A DNA stretch of 64,000 nt from Balanoglossus misakiensis (lineage: Eukaryota; Animalia; Hemichordata), in NCBI GenBank assembly GCA_040954595.2, contig CM082577.2, positions 8,023,846 to 8,087,845 on the forward strand, in the 5' to 3' direction. Position numbers and translations under genes: made by a program. Positions within the stretch are counted from its first letter, which is position 1. Each line of letters opens with the position of its first letter. The notes below the pieces were generated by a model. It worked only from the letters and a program-made list of their open reading frames with translations. It was not told where the DNA came from and did no database searches. Below, one piece after another: positions 1-18,900 of the stretch.

Positions 1-117
1 ACTAGGATTTCAATGTTTCACTGTTATTACGACAAGCAAGAGCAACTTGGGGAAAATTGAAATTCAAGCTCTGCTCTTGATAAATGTTTTGATATATGTG
101 TAATGTTTTCCTTGTAG

Positions 118-1019
118 TTCCCTGACACTGTTGAATTTTGTGAGGAAATGGCTAACAAAGGAAAGAAAGTCATTGTAGCTGCTCTGGATGGAACATTTCA
201 AAGAAAAGTAAGTTGCAGCTAATCCGTCCCATATATCATAATAGGGTCACCTCTAATTTACATATGGTCAAAAGGACATGTCATAGTCTTTGAATGACCG
301 TGTGGTTCACCGTTGCTCACAGTGTATTTATGTTCAGCTATATGTTGCTGCATCACTGATGTACCACATCTTCAATATGTTCTGTTATTGCACAGAAAAT
401 TATAATGACACTTTTTTTTCTACTTTTACCATCAGGGATTTGGCAATATATTGAATCTGGTACCTTTAGCTGAAAGTGTGATCAAGCTCAATGCTGTTTG
501 CATGCATTGTTATAATGAAGCTGCCTACACAAAAAGGATAGGAGCAGAAACTGCTGTAAGTCTTCAAGAAAACCAGTCTCAGTTCAAGTGTGGAAATTCT
601 ATTCTTCCGCTCAACACATTGTTGTACTACTATTTATTCATTTACCGAATAATGATTGGGAACTGAGGGTGAAAGGGTTAAAATGGTAGAATAATGTCAT
701 CATCTGACTCTCAGAAAATCAACACTACCATTGTGGTGATCACTCTTACTACTCCCCCCCCCCCCCCCCCCCACCAGAGGGCGATGTTGACGGTTCATCT
801 CTGTCATGTTTTTTTCCTCAGGTTGAAATCATCGGTGGAACTGACAAGTATCTGGCAGCTTGCCGGGAATGCTTCAGCAAACCAATCGACTCCAAGGAGG
901 AGACGCCACTTCAGAATGTCTCAGGGAATGCCAAGACAAATGGGAATGTTCAAAGTAGAAAGTTGTTCAAAGACTCTCCCAAGAAAAATAAGAAGGAAAA
1001 CAGACATGTGGAAGCATAG
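118..1019 (+). CDS. TK1: Cytosolic thymidine kinase 1, 3' part (last three coding exons; 5' exons lie upstream of the window)
   Basis: Exons are 118-207 ([30 protein letters not shown]), 436-555 ([40 protein letters not shown]) and 822-1019 ([18 protein letters not shown]...KKENRHVEA*). All introns are GT-AG and phase 0. The TK1 motifs VIVAALDG, the two zinc-binding CxxC pairs and the lasso motif IGGxDKY are present. Confidence 0.97.
247..310 (+). repeat. Interspersed repeat fragment, copy 1 (in a TK1 intron)
   Basis: The blocks TCACCTCTAATTTACATAT, GGTCAAAAG and GAATGACCrTGTGGT recur in the same order at 5246-5330. Confidence 0.7.
771..784 (+). promoter_or_regulatory. CTCF-like motif CCACCAGAGGGCGA in the last TK1 intron
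   Basis: Close match to the CTCF core CCASYAGRKGGCRS. Binding is not shown. Confidence 0.4.
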
Positions 1020-1113
1020 TGTGCATGATGTCAAGTTTTTTTTTAATTTATAATTTTATTGTTTTAAAGGTTACACTGTCTGTAAATGTAGGACCAGGGA
1101 TTATATGGAATCG

Positions 1114-1191
1114 TAGCCTAGTACCTCGCCGTATTTTGTCCACTTTGCTTTTGGAAGCAAATCGGACAAAATACGGCGAGGTACTAGGCTA
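1114..1191. mobile_element. 78-bp palindromic non-autonomous DNA transposon (MITE), Academ/AcademH-like, in the putative TK1 3' UTR
   Basis: Perfect 28-bp inverted arms TAGCCTAGTACCTCGCCGTATTTTGTCC / GGACAAAATACGGCGAGGTACTAGGCTA enclose an inner stem TTTGCTT/AAGCAAA. The flanks ATGGAATCG (1105-1113) and ATGGAATCT (1192-1200) form a 9-bp TSD with one mismatch. TAG...CTA ends with a 9-bp TSD fit AcademH-type elements; the family call is an inference. Confidence 0.8.
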
Positions 1192-3006
1192 ATGGAATCT
1201 CGACTAAGTGAACAATAGATGATCCCCAATAACACCCTTGTTGGGATATTTTCTGAAAAGTTTCTTGAAGCTTCCTGTCCATGTATTATAGTCATGAAAC
1301 CAAAGAGAATTCAGGAATGGGATTTTAGGTGCCGATGCCCTGTAAACTAGTGTATATTTTCGTTGTTTTTCTGTCAATGCCTGCAGTGGTAGGCAAAACA
1401 GTTCGAAACTTCTTAAACTTCCATCAACTATAATTTTGCTTATTTTTCATAATTTTTTTTTTCATGTATCACATTGAAACATGATAAAAATATGTAGTAT
1501 TTTTAGCCTAAAATACAATTATTAGTATTATTGCTCAGAAATTAATTTCAGTCTGGATTTTTTGTCACCAAACACTAAATGGGCATTACACATACAGGCT
1601 GAGTTTACCAGCGCAGTTTGAACACTTGGTTGTCCCGAAGGGTGTAGAAGAGAAAATACTGAAAAAAAACTATTTTTTATAGATTAGAACTTAATCCCAA
1701 GAGTTATTTTTCGATTTTTAAGAATTGTAACAATACCAGTGCTGTCTGAAATATAAGCCATTTTATCAAGAAAGGTAGTTTTTAGTATAAAGGTGATAAC
1801 CCCTGGAATTTAAGAATATTTGGACTTTCTGTACCATTTTATACAGCGCCCTCTATCAGAGTGCTTTCGCAGATTGTCATTTTGCTATTGGTTTCTTGCA
1901 ATGTGGAGTTTAGTGAAATAAATTTATTTTTATCAAATTTGATCAATTCGCTCTTATGAACTTGTAGTTTGGTTGTGTCTGTGTTCATGAACATTCCTTA
2001 GGCCAGTACACGTATTGGTGATCCTCTGATTGGGTACTTCACGCATGGTGCCAGATTTATGATGAAGAATGCCATGTTCAGTAGACAGGATAGTTTCACT
2101 TCTGCACCTTGGGCATTCTAACCTGACGACTACTACTGTTGGGAGAATAAGAATAAGGTTATCATTCTTGGAAAAGGTCTTGAAATAGACAACCACAGAG
2201 GGACTCGACTGTGAGACAACCGATGGCATCAGTTTCTCCCATTGATTACTGTTGATTACAGACTTCCACAGGTATAATCAAAAACAAGGTGTTGCATAAG
2301 GACTATGTTTTAGTGCACGATCAGAAAAAAAAATGTAGAATTTGACGATTAGTTGTCCAATTTTACTAGAAATATGGTTGTTTTCGTGAATGATGGCGAT
2401 ATAGAGTCTTTACACACACCCCTTTATACATGTAAATTTGCGGTATTTTTACTTTTACTTTCTGAGCAGCGGGTGGCCATTTGGACGGTGATTTCCACTC
2501 GGTTCAGTTTTGTTTAATTTAAATACAAGCCAGCGTTTGCTGGTATGTTTACTACTTTGTCTAATATTTGAACAAAATTCCCCGTAAAAAGAATCCTAAT
2601 CGCCGGTCATTAAAGTGAACAGTAACTTATTACATGATATTATCGCATGGTATGGGAAAACACGTACAGTTAAATATTTGCTTATTTTACAGTGCCTCGG
2701 GAGATTCATTTAAAGCGTTGCAGATAGTGGATCGCGTAATAATCTTTGTTCAAAATCTTAGTTGTCCATCTTGGATATCTACAGAGTCCCGATCGCCGAA
2801 TTATGCTGGGTACTGCCTCAGAATGTAAAGTGACGTCACATCAATTACAATTTTTTGGTGTCGTTATTTCATTTGTCAGCTCTGGGAGCATGGGTACCGC
2901 CTACCTCCATGGTGGGAGTGGCCTAGATATGGTCATTCGGTGTGGAAACAACCGCCAAGACTGGACTCTGTTGATCAGATACCGCAGACGCAGCACAAGC
3001 GCCGCA

Positions 3007-4526
3007 ATGTCTTCATCTGGCAGCTTATTTCTCTTTTCCTTGGCGGTCGGGCTTTCCACAAGCCTTGCCATGAATTCCCGGTCGGTTTCTGATATTCGGG
3101 CGGTGGTTGATGGACCATGTGGGCCCGACAAGCAAGAAGTTCAAGTTCCCCGACCACTTCACCTCATCGAAACGACTTCTGCTGCTCGGTCCTGTGCTGA
3201 TCACATTCCCTGGATGGACCACCTGGAAAGAAATGAAACTGGGGAATCTCGACAGGAAACAGGTATTGGATAGCTGTTAGTAATTATGATCGGAATATCT
3301 TTTGGACTTGCCTTTTTGTTTCAACACCTTGCTAAAATCCCTCCTTTGCGTGTTCTCATGGGAAAAACGAAAATACATTTTGGTCCAAAATGATGATCGT
3401 AACAAAAGTCTGGACTTGAATACCACAATTCTGTAATTGGGCTGTGCTGAAAAGGTAAAAGTAGAGTTTGATCATCCTGTCTCTGGATGATGCCACTGCC
3501 CGCACTGTCTACCTCAATCCATATTACGATTTTAACGAAGTGATTTTGATCAAATCCCACTTTATTGCTTCAACAGGGATGTGGTTTCCGCCCACGAACG
3601 AGGAGGCCAGCATCACCACACACCTGCACCTCGATGCAATTGGTGAGCACGCAACAAGCGAGAAATCTCTGAGGGAACGCAAACGGGACTACCAGCAACC
3701 ACTGTTGGCAGCTACAGGACTGCCAAAGATTGACGACGTCATCTTAAAGTACATCACGCCTAGCTTGGTGATGATGAGTACTTTAGCTTCTCGCCCGTCT
3801 TATTCACATTTCCGAACCACTGGAAAATTGAGTCTGATCCTTCACGTCCTTATGATGTCGCCACATGCCGAGGGACGCCCTCGTCGACCAAGCCACCAAC
3901 AGAACGAAAAATTTTCTTTCAAGAAAGGGAAGGACTTTTTAGTTTCATTAAAGGATGTCTTAATTCTGTTAATCAAATACCTGTTTACATCAAAGGATTT
4001 TTATATTTTGTGTGCCATTATCATTGGCTTTGTGATCTTGTGTGAGGTTTGCCGATACGTCTTGCCGTGGTGTTACGACTACTGCTGTCGCCGTGAGAAT
4101 AAATACGCAAAGTTGACAGAAGATGATGATGAACGCGTACGTGTAGAAGCGAGCATTGTCACCAAGAGAGGGAAACCCAATCGCGTGCACGTTACCTTGC
4201 ACACACCCAAAGGCAAGATCTCCTCATACCTTCCAAGTGGGGACTGGTCAACTCTGCGCGTCAAGATGCCAGGGCCAGTGAACGGCTCGACGCCATACAT
4301 GTCATACGAGGTTTGCAACTGTTACCACTTCAAAGTGGGGATGTTCGAGAAACGCTTCCATTTTATATTTGGTCCCAAACCGGTTCTCGAGAGAGTACAG
4401 CAGAAGTTGACTGTTGTCGCACCCGATTTTGAGGTAAACCTCTTGGAAAATCACATGAAGATCACAACCCCGAAATCTCAAGACCCAGTACAATTTTTGC
4501 GTCAACTGCAGCATTCATTACTCTAG
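3007..4526 (+). CDS. Uncharacterised single-pass membrane protein (~401 aa if spliced; 251 aa if initiated at 3771)
   Basis: Exon 3007-3262 starts with a signal-peptide-like MSSSGSLFLFSLAVGLSTSLA and ends ACAG|gtattg. Exon 3577-4526 follows the acceptor tttattgcttcaacag. Both junctions are phase 1, so the frames join. The second exon sits in a 352-codon ORF, long for this AT-rich DNA, with a TM segment (FYILCAIIIGFVILCEVC) followed by YCCRR, YAKL and TEDDDE. AATAAA is at 5132. The start codon is uncertain (in-frame ATGs at 2890, 2929, 3007, 3771). Confidence 0.62.
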
Positions 4527-5245
4527 GTTTTCTGTACTTTTCGATATTTTTTTATCTTTGATTACCTTTGAATTTGATGTTCGCCTTTTAAAACCTACTG
4601 ACACAGTACTGGCGTGTCACGACAAAATTAAGTCGGCCTTACGCGCATTTTGTGTTTTTTCGCCCTGTGTTTTCAACATTGATTATTCAAATTTTGGCAT
4701 TTTTGTCAGTTATTCAAGTTGCTGATCTACGCAATGCGTCTTTTTCAGTTGTACTTTGAGGGCTTCAATATCGTCCAAAAGTCCAACGAGTATCCCAGTG
4801 TCTAGCATTCATTTCGCACCCAGTCACACCTATAAGCATTGGTCGATAAAATTCCCACCTGTTTGTCGGGAATTAATTTTATTACACTACAAACATAGCA
4901 AAATATCTACCGTAGTTGTAATCTTGACGTAAAGGCTTGCGTGGCAATAACATGTGATCATATCATGCACAACCATAAAAAAATATAACGCCCTATACTT
5001 ATCTGGAGTACATTGTGTGTCATCAAACTCAAGTTGTAGCCATCGGTAATGCGAACACTTTAATTGCTAGTGTAAGTTTTGAAAAAAAAAGGAAAACAAT
5101 TTTGTATTCAGTGACATTTATTCTCCAGACGAATAAAACCACATACTCTTCGGCTACCCCGAAATATGTCTGTCTCTGTTTCTAATACATCATCTATTCC
5201 ACCCCAGTATATTCGTCTCAGGTGCCAGTCTGAATGATGTATGGT

Positions 5246-5330
5246 TCACCTCTAATTTACATATTAGTGCTTTACATGGTCAAAAGAAAGAGCGTGCATA
5301 TAATTAGTGTTCGAATGACCATGTGGTGGC
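5246..5330 (+). repeat. Interspersed repeat fragment, copy 2 (upstream of GAA)
   Basis: It has the same three conserved blocks as 247-310, with small insertions between them. Confidence 0.7.
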
Positions 5331-5705
5331 ACACTTTTTTCGCGTGGGACACCCACTAAAAATCTGTGATTAACTATAATTTTCCATAGGCCTAAACAGT
5401 AGAGGGGTTAAATTTATATCGGTGACCTAGGTTGCGCATTGTCAATACTGTACTAGTAATTGCTCAATGCAAAGGGCAATCCCCATAGGCATAGAACACA
5501 AACATAGTTGGTCATGTGATTGTCAACACTGTCACGCGCTCAGGCTATACACGCTTTTGAGTTCCAGCAACTTGTCATCTTTTCCTCCACTGGAGTGGAT
5601 CGAGGGGATCTCGTATCCGCCATCATTACCTCGTTTATTCCTTAGTAAGGCTGTGTCATATTGCAACCGTTGCAAAAATATTTGCGCCTGATTCACTAGT
5701 ACAGT

Positions 5706-13802
<8,097 letters not shown>

Positions 13803-13922
13803 CCAAGCTCTGATTGCCATGGGAATCTTCACTCTGTCCGAACCCAAAACCACATTCAGGGAGAGCATGAATGTTATGTGTTTTAGAGATTTCATTCCAC
13901 AATTTTCTAAAGATTGTAAATA

Positions 13923-14028
13923 TGACCGTAAAGTGTAGCAAAAGATTTGTATGCTTGATATAATCAAGAAAAGTTGACCGTAAAGTGTAGCAAAAGATTT
14001 GTATGCTTGATATAATCAAGAAAAAGTT
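13923..14028 (+). repeat. 52-bp tandem duplication (2 copies) in the GAA 3' UTR or flank
   Basis: TGACCGTAAAGTGTAGCAAAAGATTTGTATGCTTGATATAATCAAGAAAA starts at 13923 and again at 13975. Each unit contains the hairpin CTTGAT-ATA-ATCAAG. Confidence 0.92.
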
Positions 14029-14590
14029 GGGTAAATATTCCTCGATTTAAGATTGAAGGGGAGTAAATTTTGATAAAAAACTGTAGGCTATTGATATTGA
14101 CATTTTCTTTTAATGATCAACAGTCCACCAAGGCAAGCCTCGAGCGACCGTCTCACCAGATACAATTGCCATAAATTTCATGAATGAATAACAATCACTG
14201 GTATAGAACCTACTGTAAAGCTGAAAACGTTAAAATCATGATGCAATAGGGAATAGTATTGAAATGAATGGCTTGGACAAGTTTTATCAAACTGGCATTA
14301 TTGCTTTATGAATTGTTTGATCACCACTGCCGACGAGGGCGCTGCTACCTGTCATCGAAAATATATGGGTCCAGAGTCCAGGCTGGTTAAAGTCCCTAAA
14401 CCTAAAATCAACGCATTTTTTCACACTCAGATTCTGTCCAGTATTGTAAATCTGGTGTGTGGACATGTCTGTTATATGATGTTTCTAGCGTGGTGCTAGT
14501 CAGAACGCCTTGCAAAGCTAAAATAATCCTGTCTGTGTCGTCGTCTTACAAGACAGGTAAGAAGATCACAGTTTCCGGTGATCGACCCTA

Positions 14591-14702
14591 AGGGAACGGT
14601 CGGTTATTACTGCCCGTGGTGTGCCCCCGGCAAATTCTTGTGTCACTGGAAATGAATCGACCCCCCCCCCCAATCCACTACAAGAAATGATGACACCTCC
14701 CT
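14591..14702. mobile_element. Short degenerate MITE-like element
   Basis: Imperfect TIRs AGGGAACGGTC / GACACCTCCCT are flanked by TA on both sides, with an internal poly-C run. Confidence 0.35.
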
Positions 14703-15020
14703 TAGAAATGAAAGCATTCCCCGGTCAGGATTGAAGATCTGTCAATGCAAATTTATTGGAGAGAGCGGAAGGAGGGTGAGAGAGGGGAGAAGGAGAGGAG
14801 GGCCGGGAGAGCAATGATCTCAAACGCCAACAAATCAGTCAGTGTTGCCAAACTCTGTTGAGCTTGTCCAGCACTGTATTATTAACAATTCACAGCATTT
14901 CCCCATAAAAACGTTATTATTACCTGCTTGAATACATTTCTTTCTATTTTTCTGTGGTTTGATGAGTTTATTCCCACTTATCTCGCCATGCAGAAGTATA
15001 CGTGCATTGAAGACGTCAAC

Positions 15021-15960
15021 ATGGGTGCCAGCTCATCGTCGTCAACTGCCAAAGACAGCGGCGACGATGATGAACACAAGGAAATCCGCAATCGAAGTCT
15101 TGGTCGCTTGTACCAGATAAACGACAAGGTGTTCGGTCTCATATTCATGGCGATATTTGTAGCACCGTTGCTATGCGTGGCATTCATCGGCATGGCAACG
15201 CATCACAGCGCGAAGGCCATTCCCATCTTCATCGGCTGCATGGTTGTCTTGATAGCCGTGTCTGCCGTCGTGGCAAAGTACTGCTTGCGGCCGCGAGCAC
15301 TTGATGACCTAACCGTGATCGCTGGCCCGAATCAAAAGGCCAAGGCAACAGCTATCAGCAGTAGTAGTTACGAAGAAGCTCTTGACACATTTGAAGAAAC
15401 GGGGGAAAAGACTTCAAAAAGGTACAAGGAGATAGTAAAGGAAGCGGGCAGCGGTTGACCTAATACCTATCCGCAATACCTGTATATAGGTCGATCACCC
15501 CCTTTACAATAAATAAAAATTAACCTCTCAAATCATCTCGAAAAATGAAAGAGCCTTTCAGTCGGTCGATAACATCATACGGTGCCTATTTTTTATTAAT
15601 CCACTTTTATCAGTCCAAAAGCGTGATAAATGATAATGTAGTAATGTTTTTATTGGCGTGATTTCTTTTAAAACCATTGCCACAGTACATGTGTGGAATT
15701 TTTCTAATAAGAATCAAAACTCCTTTCAACGATAACTGGTATCTGTTTTCTGTTTTGTTTCCTGTCGCAGACAGCAAAATATTAAGCAAGGCGACCGACA
15801 ATTCAACAGTGAAGAAGACGATAACACGTCCCCTGGTGTTTCCAGTAGCAACGGTGACGTCAAAATCTGCCGCGCTGACGTCACAGTTTATAGATTCACC
15901 TCCAGCTTGAACGGTGACACCGAAAGCGACAATGAATCGGGCGAAGGCGCGAGTTCTTGA
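15021..15960 (+). CDS. Small two-TM membrane protein A (spliced form 196 aa; unspliced form 15021-15458, 145 aa)
   Basis: Acceptor at 14993, then ATG 15021 giving MGASSS, a possible N-myristoylation motif. TM1 is VFGLIFMAIFVAPLLCVAFIGMA and TM2 is AIPIFIGCMVVLIAVSAVVAKYC. The donor AAAAG|gtacaa at 15421 and the strong acceptor ttttgtttcctgtcgcag at 15770 are phase-compatible. They add exon 15771-15960 (QQNIKQGDRQFNSEEDDNTSPG...DNESGEGASS*). A candidate 5' UTR exon donor is CAG|gtaaga at 14556. Confidence 0.78.
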
Positions 15961-18900
15961 ATATTGCGAACCACAGCAGATCACAAAGATCCTGCGCAAT
16001 TGTCTAAAACCACGGTCGGTGTTGGATGAACTCGACGAACTATTGCATGTGCAATGGTGTTACTGGAGGTCGACATTCCACTGTACTGCAAACATAGTGG
16101 ATGATTGCTGGTGATTGGCAAATTTCTCATATTCCTCAGTTCAAAGCCGAAATGAATGCGTGTCTCTTTTCAAAAATACATTTTGTACGAAGTTCCTGTT
16201 TACCAATATATTTTGGTCATTACTCGTGGGCTAATTGGATTGACTATTTACAAGCGTTGTTTTTCGCCGGCGAAGACTTTCAAACGATATTTTCCAAAGG
16301 ATATATCGAGCATACGGTGTACAGGAGAGTCAGTTATAATTGGCAAGAATGCCGCAATTAGTGTGTCACGATGAACATGATGTTGTCAATGACCTTCCAC
16401 ACCGGACTACACTACACGCCACCCGTGGAGATCAATGCTAAAATAGCTCAGCACTCACTGCATATCCGCTCTATGGGTTCTCCTTTGTGTAATAAGGCAG
16501 TTGAAACAGTCGTATCCGAATCATTCTGGTATACCTGTGTTAACCATCATTGCTAGGATTGAATGATAAAGGTTAGGTCTCGGGGAAATAAGTCCATAAG
16601 CTTACAAATACTTGTAGGTTTGACTGAGAGAAAGAAAAAAAAAACAATATCAAAGAAAATGGGATGAATGGATTGCTAAATTACCATCTTCCATAATATT
16701 TTTGATTTGTCTGAAATATTAGCACGACACACTGCACAAAATGACGCTGAGAGTGGAAACAAAAGCAATGGTAATACTTTTTTAAGTTTGAATACGAAAA
16801 CGTGACAGGTAAAATACAAGATAACATGACACAGCAAAGCAGAACACAACACACACAATTAACATACACGTCTGCATACAAAGTATGAAGCAGCCAGTAA
16901 AAAGACATTATATTATCGCGTTATTGTGTTTTTTTTGTTTTGTTTTTTAATGAAAATATATCTTAACGATTGGTTTATGTAAATTGACGCCCGATTCCAA
17001 TGAATGCCGTCTTATCCGATTGTATCTGACAATAGTTATATTCAAATATCGGAACCTCCCAGCTATGTAATTCTGCCGTGCGCCACCAACGGCAGAGAGT
17101 ATGATTTCTATGCAGTATTTGTCCTTTTGTGCACATAACCCCAAACGGTGACGTCATGAGAGAGGCTTAAATGATCTGAACTGCTGTAAAATGACATTCT
17201 GAGTGCGAGCGCCGGTCAGGGGTCTGAAAAGCCGGAATTCTAATTCGTATCGAAGCCTGGAGTTGATGATTTGCGCTTTTCAAGGTCGAGTGGTAAGTGT
17301 TTGTTTTGCCTGAAGATCATCACGAGTTGTCTGTGATATTCCACTGTGTTAAAAAATATAGACACATATCATGTAAAATCCACCATTCTGTTATTGTGGG
17401 AATGCGCTATATGTCGTCTTGTTATCTCCAGTAATGCCTCGATCGCCAATTAATGGATGTCAAATATGGAGTCGAACTGTACCGATGCTTCATTTCTTCG
17501 TAATATTCATTCGTTCCTCTCATCTATGCTTGAAAACCGGTGCTTGTATCACCGGTATTCAAATGCTGAGCGTTTGTATGACTATCTGCGTTTTTACTTG
17601 CCATCAGGCCCGTTCTACACCATACATAATACACGGACTCGATCGTGGGCGGTTGTGCACGTAGATGTATATAGGCAACCATGGCTGCGAACTGTGCAGC
17701 GATTAGCCGATTGAAATTTAACACTCCGTTGCGGTCTTTGCCCAAATAATCAGATTGCCCTTGGTGGTGGATTATTACATGACGTGCTTTTGTTGAAACA
17801 CATTCACACTAAAGCGTATGATTGTCTGGATAGCCGTTACGGCTCGCTCAACGCCGTCGCTGACATTACACAACACTGAGATCTGCAGAAACACCCATCA
17901 TGTCGGCCCCCCGTTTGTCGTCTGCTACCCAGTGCTCTATCGACTGGTGTAACGTGCCCAGGCTTTTATTTTCGTGTGTCTGCCGCGACTGCCATTCATA
18001 GCGACCCACAGAAACGCATACACTGAGATGAGCATATATACTTCACTAAATAACCCGCATAAATAATTTCAGTTATGAAAATGGTAGACACAGTTTTCAA
18101 ATTTAATTTACGAATATGAAAATTTACTAATTGGATTACCGTATCGAATCTCCATTCCCGGTCATCCATGTTTTATTGTTAAACGAGTTGTTTCGCCTCG
18201 GCGTATTTCAGATCAATGTTGGGTTCGACGTCAGTGTATTCAAGCAAAACAGCAATTAGGTATTTTAGTAAAAAAATACATGGACTAAGTATAAGGGGAC
18301 TATGGGAAGTTATTTTCTTGCCCAAACGATATGTTTGTGTTTTTTAGCTCAGCAGCGTGATCCGTGTATGTTCAAGCTGTTTCTAGCATGTGTGTATAGA
18401 CACGGCACTTCTGTTGGCGAGAATGTAACAAAAGATGTGTTATTTACCCATTAAGGTGCGAATGCACTCGTCAATGCACCTGCCCGTTCAATTAGTTAAC
18501 ACGGTGACAGCCGAGCTCAACATAAAATAATAACACCGTTCCTTATACATTTTTGTCTTACGTGCTGCGAAAGTTGTCTCGTCAGCATGGAATGTTTACT
18601 GGTAACACAGCGCGTTCAAGGTCCAAGATAGAAGCCCGCGCCGTGGCTTTGAACTTGTTGTGTGTGCCTCGCAAATATTGACATAGCATGGACATCTGTC
18701 ACTCTCACTTTTATTTTTACGGTCTGACCATAAAATCAATAGTCCGTGAAATGTGGTTATGTTTTATTCATTCATTTAATATATTTTATTATATTTTATT
18801 AGCTAACTGTTCGACTGATATTCTTATATCACATATTTCAAATTGGCTGGTTACCTCAACGGTTCGCGAATGAGTGTATACTGACACGGTAACCACGACA

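Noticed and set aside
664-681. piggyBac-like end GGTGAAAGGGTTAA (similar ends at about 5402 and 41605)
   Set aside because: No matching opposite terminus found, so no element can be delimited.
2901-3222. Minus-strand ORFs with apparent splice signals
   Set aside because: Short, with no compatible downstream exon found. The plus-strand spliced model explains the region better, though an antisense transcript cannot be excluded.
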